From positions 39,712 to 103,711 of the forward strand of contig JBGUKY010000008.1 in the NCBI GenBank assembly GCA_045114635.1: DNA of 64,000 nucleotides. The letters are read 5' to 3'. The position numbers and the translations under genes are program-made. Under the pieces are notes generated by a model, which searched no databases, was not told where the DNA came from, and saw only the letters and a program-made list of their open reading frames with translations. Of this stretch, positions 9,547 to 19,909 are shown piece by piece; position 1 is the first letter of the stretch; each line of letters begins with the position of its first letter. Source of the DNA: Candidatus Enterousia sp. (lineage in GTDB: Bacteria > Pseudomonadota > Alphaproteobacteria > Rs-D84).

Positions 9547-10225
9547 TTTGCATAACCTTTAGTGTGTTTTCATAAATAATATTTTCGATATTATCTTCTT
9601 TTTTTATATCAGATATTTTATAGACAAGATCACGTAATACTATATCTTTTTTTGCATCTGTTTCAATTAAAATATTCTTTATTGGTATTCGTTGTATACG
9701 GTTTATTTCTTGGCTTTTATCAATTTTATTAAAAGAAAAAAAAACATTATAATTTTTTATTAAACTATCCAATATTTCAGAACTTCCGTTAAAATCATGT
9801 GCGACCAATATCGGCAAATCAGATGCTTTATATTTCTTTAATATATGTAAAACTTTATCCCACGCGCCAACACAATGTAAAAACACCGTTCTGTGTAATT
9901 TAACAGCTATATCAAGTTGTTTAGTAAAAACACATATCTGTTTATCCATATCTGGTTTATATTTATCAAGCCCTATTTCACCGACTATCAAAGAATTATT
10001 TGAAATTAAAAGATCTTTAAGTCTTTTATCAAAACCATCTTGAACGGTATCAACAAACCATGGATGTATTCCAAAAGCAGCATAAAGATTTTTATCTTCT
10101 AGCATCTTTTCAATCAATATCCCCCATTCTGATTCCTTTGTTGTACAACAAATAGTTCCAACGACATCTGATTGGAAATTATGACTTATATAATCAAGAT
10201 GAGAATGCGCATCTATTATTTTCAT
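9539..10225 (-). CDS. TatD-family metal-dependent hydrolase
   Basis: 'MKIIDAHSHLD' N-terminal His-x-His, with later 'FGIHPW' and 'ETD' motifs. It overlaps tcdA by 8 nt. Confidence 0.8.
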   Translation of the reverse strand: MKIIDAHSHLDYISHNFQSDVVGTICCTTKESEWGILIEKMLEDKNLYAAFGIHPWFVDTVQDGFDKRLKDLLISNNSLIVGEIGLDKYKPDMDKQICVFTKQLDIAVKLHRTVFLHCVGAWDKVLHILKKYKASDLPILVAHDFNGSSEILDSLIKNYNVFFSFNKIDKSQEINRIQRIPIKNILIETDAKKDIVLRDLVYKISDIKKEDNIENIIYENTLKVMQNG

Positions 10226-10272
10226 AGAAAATATTAAAGCACAAAAAGTTTATTTTTCAAGAATACAATATT

Positions 10273-10304
10273 AAAAAAACCGCCCAAACTGGCGGTTTTA
10301 TTTT
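10273..10304 (-). terminator. rho-independent terminator (ACCGCC/GGCGGT stem)
   Basis: AAAAAAACCGCCCAAACTGGCGGTTTTATTTT, located 5 nt downstream of the stop at 10309. Confidence 0.65.
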
Positions 10305-10308
10305 AGCA

Positions 10309-11619
10309 TTAGAACTTACGCTTTATACTTATACCATACGACCACTTATTATAACCAGGCATTGGTATATTTGACTCTTTCTCAGTATAACTGATGTTTA
10401 CGACCGGCATAAAGCCAAGCAATTCAATATGAGTATTAGCTACAGAGAAAGTATATTTCTGATAAGAAACCCTTTCTTTGACATGCATATGCTGACCATT
10501 TCTTTCAATATCTTGTTCACCGTCATAATCTATCCACGCTAAGAACGGTTCAAAAGATACTATGAAGGCATAAGGTAATTCCATACCAAAACCAATACCA
10601 AAACCGTATTCATAATTGGCATAAGAACTTTCTTTAGCGGTTTGACGTTCCAAATCACCACGTAATGAAATATATTTCGTAGAATCAATATAGTATGTAA
10701 AATGTGGTTCTGCTGAATATGTCTGACCATTAAACATATCATATTCATCATATTTATTATCCGTAACCATCAAAATCAAACCAGATGTCAATTTGCGTGT
10801 CAAATCATAATTGGTATCAATCTTGGCACCGTATGACCAACCAAGTTTTTGTTGCCCATACCAGGCACGACTTGCTACACCGGCAAACCAGATATCGCCC
10901 CTGTCCCAAACATAACGTGGACCAGTTGATGCAGACAAAGCCAAATCGTCATTCTTTTTATCCTTCAAATAAACATTTGTACCAAAAGCAGCATCACTTT
11001 TCCAACGCCACTGATCAGACAATTTGAATTCGTAATCAGCGCCCGCTGCAAAATATAAACCTGTTGTGTCTTTTGAATCTGTTATCGTTTCACAGGTACG
11101 ACCATCTTCATCGCCACCACAGCCACCATCGCCGTTTGACAGACTAGAACGGGTATCAGGCACATCACCATAATCAAACCAAAAATCCCAATTTTTATTT
11201 TTGCGCACCAAATATCTGTAAGATTCCAGCATTTGTTGTACATCTTCCGGTAAATTCTCAGCCGCCATAGCCAAACGTAAATTATAATCGGCACGATACC
11301 AACGATCATTGGCACCATAACATAAAGCCAATTCAATACGTGCACGTACAAAATCTGGACGTTCATCAAGAACTTTTTTGTAAAGACGTATGGCCTGTCT
11401 AAAATTGCCCTTTTTGCGTTCCATTTGCGCAGACAAAAACACCATTTTTTCTTTAACAGACAAGTCTGCCGGCAAAGGTATTTTTGCTAAAGCCGCCTGG
11501 GTTTCTTCGTTATCATATTGGGATACAACAATGTTGTTTTCCAGATTGTTTTGCGCCCCAGCTACCGAAACCATCGGTAAAGCCAAGACTATAAGTAAGA
11601 GTAATAATTTTTTTGACAT
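10309..11619 (-). CDS. TPR + C-terminal beta-barrel OMP, Slam/DUF560-like
   Basis: Signal peptide 'MSKKLLLLLIVLALPMVSVAGA'. An N-terminal TPR-like region (RQAIRLYKKVLDERPDFVRARIELALCY) is followed by about 280 aa of beta-barrel patterning ending 'ISIKRKF'. Confidence 0.5.
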   Translation of the reverse strand: MSKKLLLLLIVLALPMVSVAGAQNNLENNIVVSQYDNEETQAALAKIPLPADLSVKEKMVFLSAQMERKKGNFRQAIRLYKKVLDERPDFVRARIELALCYGANDRWYRADYNLRLAMAAENLPEDVQQMLESYRYLVRKNKNWDFWFDYGDVPDTRSSLSNGDGGCGGDEDGRTCETITDSKDTTGLYFAAGADYEFKLSDQWRWKSDAAFGTNVYLKDKKNDDLALSASTGPRYVWDRGDIWFAGVASRAWYGQQKLGWSYGAKIDTNYDLTRKLTSGLILMVTDNKYDEYDMFNGQTYSAEPHFTYYIDSTKYISLRGDLERQTAKESSYANYEYGFGIGFGMELPYAFIVSFEPFLAWIDYDGEQDIERNGQHMHVKERVSYQKYTFSVANTHIELLGFMPVVNISYTEKESNIPMPGYNKWSYGISIKRKF

Positions 11620-11660
11620 GTGTGTATTATAATGAATAAAATCCTAAAAAGCAAAAAAAT

Positions 11661-11690
11661 AAAAGGCCCAAAAAGTGGCCTTTTTATTTC
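11661..11690 (-). terminator. hairpin terminator downstream of tRNA-Lys
   Basis: AAAAGGCC...GGCCTTTT stem flanked by A/T runs, directly 3' of the tRNA on the minus strand. Confidence 0.5.
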
Positions 11691-11766
11691 TGGTGGACGC
11701 ACAGGGACTCGAACCCTGGACCCACTGATTAAGAGTCAGTTGCTCTACCAACTGAGCTATGCATCC
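11691..11766 (-). tRNA. tRNA-Lys (CUU), CCA encoded
   Basis: The reverse complement folds as a 76-nt cloverleaf: GGATGCA-TA-GCTC-AGTTGGTA-GAGC-A-ACTGA-CTCTTAA-TCAGT-GGGTC-CAGGG-TTCGAGT-CCCTG-TGCGTCC-A-CCA. Confidence 0.92.
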
Positions 11767-11824
11767 AAAACTATGTCGCAACTGATTATAGAATATTTTT
11801 GGGCAAAAGCAAGAGCTTTGTCGT

Positions 11825-13162
11825 TTATTTTCTTAAATACTGTGTCGGGTTGTATGCTTTTGTCCCCTTGCGAATTTCAAAGTGAAGTTGTGGTTGATCA
11901 ACCTTACCCGTCTTTCCAACACGACCAATTTGTGTTCCAACATTTACACGTGCACCACGTTTAACAGACATCGAATCAAGATGCGCATAAATTGTCATCC
12001 ATCCATCACTGTGTTGAATAATTATTAAATTACCCATACCCTTGACCTCGTTTCCGGCATAGGCAACCACACCGTTTTCTGCTGCCTTAACAGCAGTCCC
12101 AAGTGCAGCAGATATGTTTATACCATCATTAAACAGCCCGTTGTTTTTTGCGCCATACGCAGATAAAATCTTCCCTTTAACCGGCCACGAGAACTTTGAA
12201 CTTGAACGCGCAACAACCTTTGGTAATTGTTTATTTGGATCAGAAGATATTTTCTGTTTTGATTCACTTTTTACAACAGTTGTCTGTTTTGTTGCCACAG
12301 AACTTTCTTTTACTGTCGTCTTGGCTGGTGTTATTTTGGCAGTTGTTTTTATTTCTGATACAGATGCTGTTTTAACATTATCTAATTTTGGCACTTTGAT
12401 TTTTTGACCGATTGCCAAATCAAAAGGACTCGATATCTTGTTCATAACAGCCAAATCATTGACTGGTATTTCATATTTACGCGACAAAGAATAAAGTGTG
12501 TCGCCCTTTTGAACTGTAATTTCTTGTAAATCAACACGTTTAGTGCTGTTCGGTTTTACCGTTTCTTTTGCGACAACTTGTTCTTTGGTAATAACATTTG
12601 GAACCTGTTGTTTAACAGTTGCTGTGCGTTGTGTTTTTAATTTTTGACCAATTGATAAAGTATATGGTTCATGTAAATTATTTATTTGCGCAAATTCAGA
12701 AACAGTCATACCGTTTTTACGCGCCAATGAATAAACAGTATCACCTTTGACCACAGTAATTATATTATCACCCGCCTCTTTCTTTGGTGTGTCTTTATCT
12801 ATCACACCGCCGCCACCATACATTGGAACAATCAAATAATCATCTTGTGATTCTGCTGCTGCGATTTTTGTTTCTTCGCTTTCTGGAACCAATACATAAT
12901 CATCAATACTTGCATACAAAACATAATCGTTCACATTTGCAGATCCATATAATTCAGGCGATGCATAAACACCATAGTCTGTAACCGCAGAATTATAGAT
13001 TTCTGGTTGTGCATATGGATCCGCCAACAAGGCTGGATATCTGTCTTCAATAAACATACCGATATCATCTGGTATAGAAGCAATTTTTGGTTGTAAATCA
13101 CATGCACACAACACAAGTGCACACAAAGCAGACACTTTGAAAAAAGTTTTATACATTCTCAC
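11825..13162 (-). CDS. nlpD: LysM-LysM-M23 (LytM) lipoprotein, NlpD-like amidase activator
   Basis: Lipobox 'LVLCAC' and two LysM repeats (VVKGDTVYSLARKNGMTV..., VQKGDTLYSLSRKYEIPV...). The C-terminus is closely NlpD-like ('GNLIIIQHSDGWMTIYAHL', 'LHFEIR'), with 'NDGINI' in place of the HxxxD metal site. The ATG at 13156 is an alternative start. Confidence 0.85.
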   Translation of the reverse strand: MRMYKTFFKVSALCALVLCACDLQPKIASIPDDIGMFIEDRYPALLADPYAQPEIYNSAVTDYGVYASPELYGSANVNDYVLYASIDDYVLVPESEETKIAAAESQDDYLIVPMYGGGGVIDKDTPKKEAGDNIITVVKGDTVYSLARKNGMTVSEFAQINNLHEPYTLSIGQKLKTQRTATVKQQVPNVITKEQVVAKETVKPNSTKRVDLQEITVQKGDTLYSLSRKYEIPVNDLAVMNKISSPFDLAIGQKIKVPKLDNVKTASVSEIKTTAKITPAKTTVKESSVATKQTTVVKSESKQKISSDPNKQLPKVVARSSSKFSWPVKGKILSAYGAKNNGLFNDGINISAALGTAVKAAENGVVAYAGNEVKGMGNLIIIQHSDGWMTIYAHLDSMSVKRGARVNVGTQIGRVGKTGKVDQPQLHFEIRKGTKAYNPTQYLRK

Positions 13163-13211
13163 GCTTTGAATTATATCATAAAATCAATGTAAAATAAAAT
13201 ACTTATGCGTA

Positions 13212-13913
13212 TCAATCGCGCATAAAAAGCAAACTTAATTCAAACAACAACAACATAGGCAAAGCCAATAAAATTTGGGATAAAATATCTGGTGGCGTTA
13301 ACATGGCTGCCAATATAAAGACACCGATAATCACATATCTACGACTTTTAATTGCTGTTTGTTTGGAAAGCAAACCCACCCTGTTCAAACCAACCAAAAC
13401 CAAAGGCAATTGAAAAGCAATTCCAAAAACTTTTAACAAACCAATTGAAAAAGCTAGATATCCTTTGATCGAAGGCAAAAGTACTGTTGGTACAGATGTA
13501 GATGCATTTATTTCCAAGAAAAACTTAAACACAAACGGAAACAAAATATAAAAAGCGAACGCAGCACCAGCCACAAACAATAGTGGCGAAAACACAAATA
13601 TAGGCACCAAAAATTGTTTTTCATTTTTATGTAACCCTGGCGCAATGTATGCCCAAATATTCCATAACAAAACCGGAATTGTTATAATCAGCGCGATCAA
13701 TGTTGCAAGTGAAAACTGTATCATTAAACCATCACTCAATTCTGTATAAAGCAACATTGCATTGTCCCAAACAGCCATCAATGGCGCACTTAAAAACGAT
13801 TCAACACTGTCTGATATCAACCAACCAAAAACAAATGCCAAAACGAAAACAACCGCAGTCCATAATATTCTGCGACGCAATTCTGAAAAATGTTGCATCA
13901 ATGTCATTTTCAT
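13212..13913 (-). CDS. tatC: twin-arginine translocase subunit TatC
   Basis: 233 aa, six TM segments, 'HFSELRRRILW' N-terminal motif. Confidence 0.9.
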   Translation of the reverse strand: MKMTLMQHFSELRRRILWTAVVFVLAFVFGWLISDSVESFLSAPLMAVWDNAMLLYTELSDGLMIQFSLATLIALIITIPVLLWNIWAYIAPGLHKNEKQFLVPIFVFSPLLFVAGAAFAFYILFPFVFKFFLEINASTSVPTVLLPSIKGYLAFSIGLLKVFGIAFQLPLVLVGLNRVGLLSKQTAIKSRRYVIIGVFILAAMLTPPDILSQILLALPMLLLFELSLLFMRD

Positions 13914-14185
13914 TTTTTACGTATCCGTTTTTTTCTTACAATTTTTTTAGGTTTTTCACAAAACATATCTTTTGTTGCGTTTTCTAACAAATCATCGATT
14001 GGTTTTTCAAGGTCTATTCTTTGTTGCAAGTTTTCTGAAAAATCAGTTACTTTCCAAATAATGTTACGAATATATTTGAATACACGCGCTAAAAACTTTG
14101 CCACATCAGGCCAATATTTCGCAGGTACAACACAAATTGCAACTAATAAAATTACTAAAAATTCAGTCCAACTGATCCCGAACAT
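13910..14185 (-). CDS. tatB: TatA/TatB-family protein (TatB-like)
   Basis: 'MFGISWTEFLVILLVAICVV' N-terminal TM followed by an amphipathic helix. It overlaps tatC by 4 nt. Confidence 0.7.
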   Translation of the reverse strand: MFGISWTEFLVILLVAICVVPAKYWPDVAKFLARVFKYIRNIIWKVTDFSENLQQRIDLEKPIDDLLENATKDMFCEKPKKIVRKKRIRKK

Positions 14186-14193
14186 TTTATACC

Positions 14194-14808
14194 TTAATCA
14201 TAAAAGTCATCACCATCATTAGTGGACACTGTTTTATGACGTGATAATTGAAAATAATTTTTTTCAAAATCTGTTTTTGGTTTCAAATCATTAAATACAA
14301 CATCTGTTTTAGTGGATGTAGCATCAACCACAGACCATGATTTTAATTTCACAGGGCTTTTATCAAAAACAACATCCATATGACCCAAACCTTCCTGACC
14401 ACGCAAGTTCATTTTCAAAGTAAAGGTGTTTTTATCAGACACTGTTTCATAAACATTTATATCTGCATTTTGTAAATCTATCTTTTTACGAACCAATATT
14501 CCCGCAGGTGTACTCGTCAAAGGAACAGTTGTAATTTGATCCAAAGATTTATCATAAAAATACAAATCTTTACCATCCGCTATCAACTGAATCGGTGCAT
14601 TTTTATAGTCCAATCTTACACGACCAGGACGCAACATTGAAAAGATACCTGTTTGTGTTTTTCCATTGGAAATCTGTGTAAAACCGCCATTTAAACCAGT
14701 TATGGAATTAAGATATTTTTCCGCGCTTGTCACTAACTTTTTATCAACAGCCGCACTCGCATTAAATGCCATAAACAAACAAAAAAACATCGATATTATT
14801 TTTTTCAT
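14194..14808 (-). CDS. lolA: outer-membrane lipoprotein carrier LolA
   Basis: Signal peptide, about 200 aa, with the 'GGFTQ...G.FSMLRPGRVRLDY' LolA pattern. Confidence 0.75.
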   Translation of the reverse strand: MKKIISMFFCLFMAFNASAAVDKKLVTSAEKYLNSITGLNGGFTQISNGKTQTGIFSMLRPGRVRLDYKNAPIQLIADGKDLYFYDKSLDQITTVPLTSTPAGILVRKKIDLQNADINVYETVSDKNTFTLKMNLRGQEGLGHMDVVFDKSPVKLKSWSVVDATSTKTDVVFNDLKPKTDFEKNYFQLSRHKTVSTNDGDDFYD

Positions 14809-14810
14809 TC

Positions 14811-15761
14811 CTACATCCCCTTGAAAGCATTTATAACCATATCATGAACATTTTGAAGGCTATCTTCTATAACAGCGCCTGCTGCACACAAATGTCCGCC
14901 ACCACCAAAAGATTCAGCAATTTTATTTATAGGCGTTTCACGCGAACGAATAGATACACCAATACGGTTTTCTTTTTGTTCTTTCAACAATACCACATAC
15001 TGAACACCATGTATTTGACCAAGCAACGATAAAATAATTTCGCCACGCCCATCTAATTTTTTATAATCTTCGTGATTCACTGTGGCAACCGCAAGACGCC
15101 CTTTCATTAAAAACTCTGCTTCTGATACAACTTTGGATTCAACCAAGACTGTCTTTTTTGCTTTGTTATTCAAAAGATTTACAAGCTTTGTCATATCAGC
15201 GCCAAGATCTACCAATGCTGCGGCATCTTTTAAAACATCACTGTTTCGAACAAATTTAAAATTACCAGTATCTGTAATTATAGCCAATGTTAAAAGATCG
15301 ACAATATCTTGATTTATATCAAACTTCGCAGACTTTGCCATATCATAAATTATTTGCGACGTAGCGGCTTTTTCTTCGTCATCAAAACACAAACTGCCAA
15401 CCAAGTCGTCATTAAAATGATGGTCTATTTCAATTACAAAATCAGCAGCATTTACATACTTCTCTATTCCACCAAGATGTTTTCTGGTTCCATAATCAAC
15501 CAATATGTATAAATCATATTTAGCATTCTCTGGTAAATTTTTATAATAAACAGCTTCATCACGCAATGGTACATTGTCAAGTTCGCGTGGAACATTGCCA
15601 TCATATATAACTGTTGCCTTTTTGCCAAAATTCAATTCTATTATTTTCATCAAAGCCAAAGCAGAACATAATGCATCACCATCAAGATTCTTATGACCAG
15701 AGATAGCAATCGATTTTGCGCCTTTTATTTTTTCTATAAAAAGATTCATTTTTTTCATCAT
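14811..15761 (-). CDS. DHH/DHHA1 phosphoesterase (NrnA-like)
   Basis: 'GHKNLDGDALCS', 'EIDHHFN' and C-terminal 'GGGHLCAAGA' motifs. Confidence 0.8.
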   Translation of the reverse strand: MMKKMNLFIEKIKGAKSIAISGHKNLDGDALCSALALMKIIELNFGKKATVIYDGNVPRELDNVPLRDEAVYYKNLPENAKYDLYILVDYGTRKHLGGIEKYVNAADFVIEIDHHFNDDLVGSLCFDDEEKAATSQIIYDMAKSAKFDINQDIVDLLTLAIITDTGNFKFVRNSDVLKDAAALVDLGADMTKLVNLLNNKAKKTVLVESKVVSEAEFLMKGRLAVATVNHEDYKKLDGRGEIILSLLGQIHGVQYVVLLKEQKENRIGVSIRSRETPINKIAESFGGGGHLCAAGAVIEDSLQNVHDMVINAFKGM

Positions 15762-17554
15762 AATGCGATGTCTTCCAATGTGAACTGAGCGCTTACGCGA
15801 CCGTTATACTCGTTTTCTTTTAATTTACCTAACATCATTATTGTAGTATTTGTATTCGCATCGTCCAGTAAAAAATCACCCACAGGCGTTCCAACCAAAT
15901 TAAAGCCTACAAAAGACAATTGGGTTCCATTGCTGCAACGCACCATACCACGAAGATGCGCCCCATTACCCATAACGGTTGCGAACTTTAACACAGCACC
16001 CCTTAATACCAAAGTTGGTTCGGGGTTACATTGACCAAATGGCGCAAGGTCAGATAATTTTTCAACCAATTTCATATCTGCACTTCCGGCATCAATTTGT
16101 GCATCAACAAATATTTCAGGACTTGGTTTTACACCACCCAATTGTTCATTAACAGATTTTTCAAGGAAATCACAAAAATCTTTTTCACGATCCACATTTA
16201 ATGTGAATCCTGCTGCTGCTGCATGTCCACCACCTTCGGATAAAATACCAAGCGATAATGCTTCGTGAATAATTTTTCCCAAATCTATTTCAGGTATAGA
16301 ACGACCAGATCCATTTATAATTCCATCGCTACGTGTTGCAACACATGTTGGTAAATTATATTTGTCTTTTAACCGACCTGCGATAATCCCCATAACACCA
16401 CCATGCCAATTATCGCCACAAACAAACAAACTGCATTTCCCATCACGACAACATTTGTCTGCGATATCAGCAGCATCTATCATTATGCTGTTTTGAATAT
16501 CGATTCTTTCTTGATTCATATGATGTAATTGATTAGCAAGATCATTAGCAATTAATGGGTTATCTGTAAGCAATAATTCCAATGCTGGCGATGCAGAATC
16601 AAGACGACCCGCCGCATTAAGGCGTGGACCAATAGCAAAACCAGCCGCATAAACCGAAGGATTTTTTATACCAGCCAAATCCATCAAAGTCCTAAGTCCT
16701 AGGTTTTGACGAAGTCCCATAACCTTTAAGCCCGTAGCAACAAAAGCTCGATTCAACCCGATCAAAGGCATCGTGTCACAAATGGTTCCCAGCGCAACAA
16801 AATCCATATAATTAAGCAGATTTATTTGTGGTCTGGCTGAATTGAAAAAGCCCCTATTCTTTAATTCACGATTCAAAGAAACCAATGTCAAGAATGCGAC
16901 ACCAACCCCGGCCAAAAATGAAAGTTCAGAAGTATCATCGATGCGTTTTGGGTTCACAACAGCATCAGCATTTGGTAATACAGCATCTGGGGAATGGTGA
17001 TCTGTTACAACAACTTTAAGGCCAAGTTCTTTTGCTTTATCTACCTCTGCATTACCACTTATTCCACAATCGACAGTTATCATTAAACCAACACCATCTT
17101 TTGCGATTTGCTCTATGGCAGCAATGTTTAATCCATAACCTTCACCTTCCCTTGTCGGCAAATGCCAAGATACATCAACGCCAATCCCACGCAAATATTT
17201 TACAAAAATCGCAGTTGAAGTTATTCCATCGACATCATAATCACCATATATAGCAATTTTTTCACCATTGCATATTGAATCAGCAATGACGTGTGTAGCT
17301 ACATCCATATCTTTTAACACATATGGATCTGGCATATATTCTTTGATTGATGGATGTAAAAAAATATCAACAGCATCATCGCCAATGATTCCACGAGATG
17401 ACAAAATATTTTTGACCAAATCTTTTGTATCGTTTAAATCTGATTCCAGATTATAATCATCCGACACAGTCCAGGCTTTTCCAAGCATGGACTTCTCTAC
17501 TATCTTTCGCACACTATACTCTTTTTTCTTATTGTCGGTATTATTATAATACAA
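15758..17554 (-). CDS. recJ: single-stranded-DNA-specific exonuclease RecJ
   Basis: 'IYGDYDVDGITS', 'VTDHHSP' and 'GGGHAAAAGF' motifs. It overlaps the downstream DHH gene by 4 nt. Confidence 0.9.
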   Translation of the reverse strand: MYYNNTDNKKKEYSVRKIVEKSMLGKAWTVSDDYNLESDLNDTKDLVKNILSSRGIIGDDAVDIFLHPSIKEYMPDPYVLKDMDVATHVIADSICNGEKIAIYGDYDVDGITSTAIFVKYLRGIGVDVSWHLPTREGEGYGLNIAAIEQIAKDGVGLMITVDCGISGNAEVDKAKELGLKVVVTDHHSPDAVLPNADAVVNPKRIDDTSELSFLAGVGVAFLTLVSLNRELKNRGFFNSARPQINLLNYMDFVALGTICDTMPLIGLNRAFVATGLKVMGLRQNLGLRTLMDLAGIKNPSVYAAGFAIGPRLNAAGRLDSASPALELLLTDNPLIANDLANQLHHMNQERIDIQNSIMIDAADIADKCCRDGKCSLFVCGDNWHGGVMGIIAGRLKDKYNLPTCVATRSDGIINGSGRSIPEIDLGKIIHEALSLGILSEGGGHAAAAGFTLNVDREKDFCDFLEKSVNEQLGGVKPSPEIFVDAQIDAGSADMKLVEKLSDLAPFGQCNPEPTLVLRGAVLKFATVMGNGAHLRGMVRCSNGTQLSFVGFNLVGTPVGDFLLDDANTNTTIMMLGKLKENEYNGRVSAQFTLEDIAL

Positions 17555-17556
17555 AA

Positions 17557-19218
17557 TTATTCAAATAGCAATGGCATGATTCCATCAAGTATTGCACCAG
17601 CAGTTGGAACCGCATTCCAAGCGGCAGTTTTCCAACCACCAGATTCTTTTGTCCCCTGGGGTTCGTCTAACATAATCAATATTATATATTGCGGTGCAGA
17701 AACTGGGAATATTCCTGTGAATACAGTTTCATTTCGCTTACTATCTATTTTCCCATCAGCACCACGCTTTTCCGCGGTCCCTGTTTTTCCACCGACATCT
17801 ATACCTTTGACACGCGCTTTTTTTGCGGTTGTTTCTTCCGCAATATGAAACATTATATCACGCAATTTTGCAGAAATATCAGAACTTAAAACACGCTCGC
17901 CACGAACTGCACCAATGCTTCTTTTTAAAAGCGTTGGGTATATATATATTCCACCATTTGTCATTGCGTTTACCCCCAACAACAAATGCATAGGAGTAAC
18001 AGCTACACCATGTCCGAATGCCGCAGTTGCGCGTTCTGTAGGTCCCCAGGTTTTATAAGTTATGGCCCTTTCCGTTTTTCCAAATTCTAACTGTAAAGGT
18101 TTATCAAAATGCAGACGTTCAAAAAACTCTTTTTGGGCACCATCTGGTAAATCAAGTGCTATGCGCGCACTTCCAACATTACACGAATGCAACATAATTT
18201 CAGGTGCTTTTAATTTTCTGTGGCCACCTTTTTTTATAACATCTCTTTTAAATGAAGAAACATCATCAATTGGTTTACGCATTGCAGGACGACCATATTT
18301 ATCATATATCATCAATGGTTCATCAATCTTGTAATCTTTGTTCTGCAAGCCGTTTTCATAAGCCAGTGCAGTATTAAATATTTTGAAAATGGACCCCATT
18401 TCAAAATTATCACGCATCAATTTGAAACGACGCGTCTTTACAGGTATTGAATTGATATTATTAGGATCAAAATCAGGCAATTGTACCATTGCTATAATTT
18501 CACCAGTACTGGAATTCATCAACATGCCCAAGGCGCCTTTAGCACTATATTTATTCATAGCAATTGTCAATTGTTCATGAAAAATATTTTGTACACGTGA
18601 ATCAATTGATAAACGCAAAGGATCTTTGTTTTCGCGCAGATATTTATCATATGTCAACTCGACCCCTTCTAAACCGCCATCTTTACCAGAAAAACCAACA
18701 ACATGCGCAAACACATTTCTTTGTGGATAGCGCCTTTGTGCGAATTGTTCTATTTCAAAACAATTATATTTTTTATGTGCGCTTTTTATTGTTTTAATCT
18801 GTTCTTCCGAAGCGTTCTTTTTTATATACACACCACGATGATTTGATCGAATTAGGTTCAAAGCGTCTTCAACACTATAATCCATTGGGGCGAGTTTATG
18901 GACAATACTTGCAACTTCATCTATATCTTTTTCTTTTACACGTGGTGGAAACAGTTTTATATTTCCGGACTTAACACTTTTAGCTAACACAACACCATTT
19001 CTATCAACAATATCTGCACGACTTTCAATTTGTGTACTTTGGGTATATTTTTTGTAATCACTACTTTGTAGTCCAAGTTGCAAAGTACGCACAATAAAGA
19101 CCGCAAAAACAATGGAAAAAGCAACCCTTACCCAATGCAGGCGTGAAGCACTCTCGTAATTATATACTGCACCTTTATATTCATGCGGTAAAATATCTTT
19201 GCCGATAGTAAAACGCAT
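17557..19218 (-). CDS. ftsI: penicillin-binding protein 3 (FtsI-type transpeptidase)
   Basis: N-terminal TM and the motifs SxxK ('GSIFK'), SxN ('HSCNVG') and KTGT ('GGKTGTAE'). Confidence 0.87.
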   Translation of the reverse strand: MRFTIGKDILPHEYKGAVYNYESASRLHWVRVAFSIVFAVFIVRTLQLGLQSSDYKKYTQSTQIESRADIVDRNGVVLAKSVKSGNIKLFPPRVKEKDIDEVASIVHKLAPMDYSVEDALNLIRSNHRGVYIKKNASEEQIKTIKSAHKKYNCFEIEQFAQRRYPQRNVFAHVVGFSGKDGGLEGVELTYDKYLRENKDPLRLSIDSRVQNIFHEQLTIAMNKYSAKGALGMLMNSSTGEIIAMVQLPDFDPNNINSIPVKTRRFKLMRDNFEMGSIFKIFNTALAYENGLQNKDYKIDEPLMIYDKYGRPAMRKPIDDVSSFKRDVIKKGGHRKLKAPEIMLHSCNVGSARIALDLPDGAQKEFFERLHFDKPLQLEFGKTERAITYKTWGPTERATAAFGHGVAVTPMHLLLGVNAMTNGGIYIYPTLLKRSIGAVRGERVLSSDISAKLRDIMFHIAEETTAKKARVKGIDVGGKTGTAEKRGADGKIDSKRNETVFTGIFPVSAPQYIILIMLDEPQGTKESGGWKTAAWNAVPTAGAILDGIMPLLFE

Positions 19219-19508
19219 TAGTCGCCCGCCATTGGTATGTTATCTATATGTACTGTTTTGCTGAAAGACACTGTTTCTGCGCGCGGATTAACACCGATAA
19301 CAGAACCACGCAAAGAATCTGCTGACGACAATGCAGAAAACTTTGTTTTTGCAATATCATATTCATGTCTTGTGTTTTCCATTTCGCTGCGCACATCATT
19401 AAGGTTTTTATTTTGGACACGATACGCAACTTGTAAAAAAGAAATTACAAAACCAATGCCAATCAACATGGCCCAACCTATATTATACATTTTTTCATCG
19501 TCGCGCAT
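19218..19508 (-). CDS. ftsL: cell division protein FtsL (alphaproteobacterial type)
   Basis: A single TM followed by a coiled region, immediately upstream of ftsI with a TAATG overlap. The ATG at 19508 is preceded by GGAAGGGGA. Confidence 0.55.
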   Translation of the reverse strand: MRDDEKMYNIGWAMLIGIGFVISFLQVAYRVQNKNLNDVRSEMENTRHEYDIAKTKFSALSSADSLRGSVIGVNPRAETVSFSKTVHIDNIPMAGD

Positions 19509-19537
19509 ACAGTCCCCTTCCTTTTTAATATATTGTA

Positions 19538-19909
19538 TCACAAATTCTTAAAAAAACTAATCATTGATTGAATACCGTTCAACCTGCCAGCTCCAAAGTT
19601 CAAATTCAGCGAATTAAACTCTTCATATAAATCCATTTGCTTGATTTCTTCAATACTTTTGCCATCAACCATAGCTAAAATTATTGCCACAATACCACGA
19701 ACCATCATCGAATCGGCACATCCATAAAAATGGTTATCTTTCTCACAAATCTGAACAAATGAAGAGCACCCAAATATTTCATTACATTGTGCATCTTCTG
19801 GAACGGGTTCCAAAGATTTACCAAAATCCATAACCGTTTCTAATTTTTCAACAGGATCGGTAATTGATAACAAAATATTTTTTATATCATTGTATTTCAT
19901 CGTTACCAC
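19538..19909 (-). CDS. sufE: SufE-like sulfur acceptor
   Basis: 'IFGCSSFVQI' matches the SufE 'GCQSQVW' cysteine loop, and a C-terminal 'GRLNGIQSMISF' is present. Confidence 0.68.
   Translation of the reverse strand: MVTMKYNDIKNILLSITDPVEKLETVMDFGKSLEPVPEDAQCNEIFGCSSFVQICEKDNHFYGCADSMMVRGIVAIILAMVDGKSIEEIKQMDLYEEFNSLNLNFGAGRLNGIQSMISFFKNL

Noticed and set aside
11620-11964. A 114-aa plus-strand ORF spanning tRNA-Lys.
   Set aside because: It reads through the antisense of tRNA-Lys ('QLLYQLSYA') and into the antisense of nlpD, so it is an artefact.
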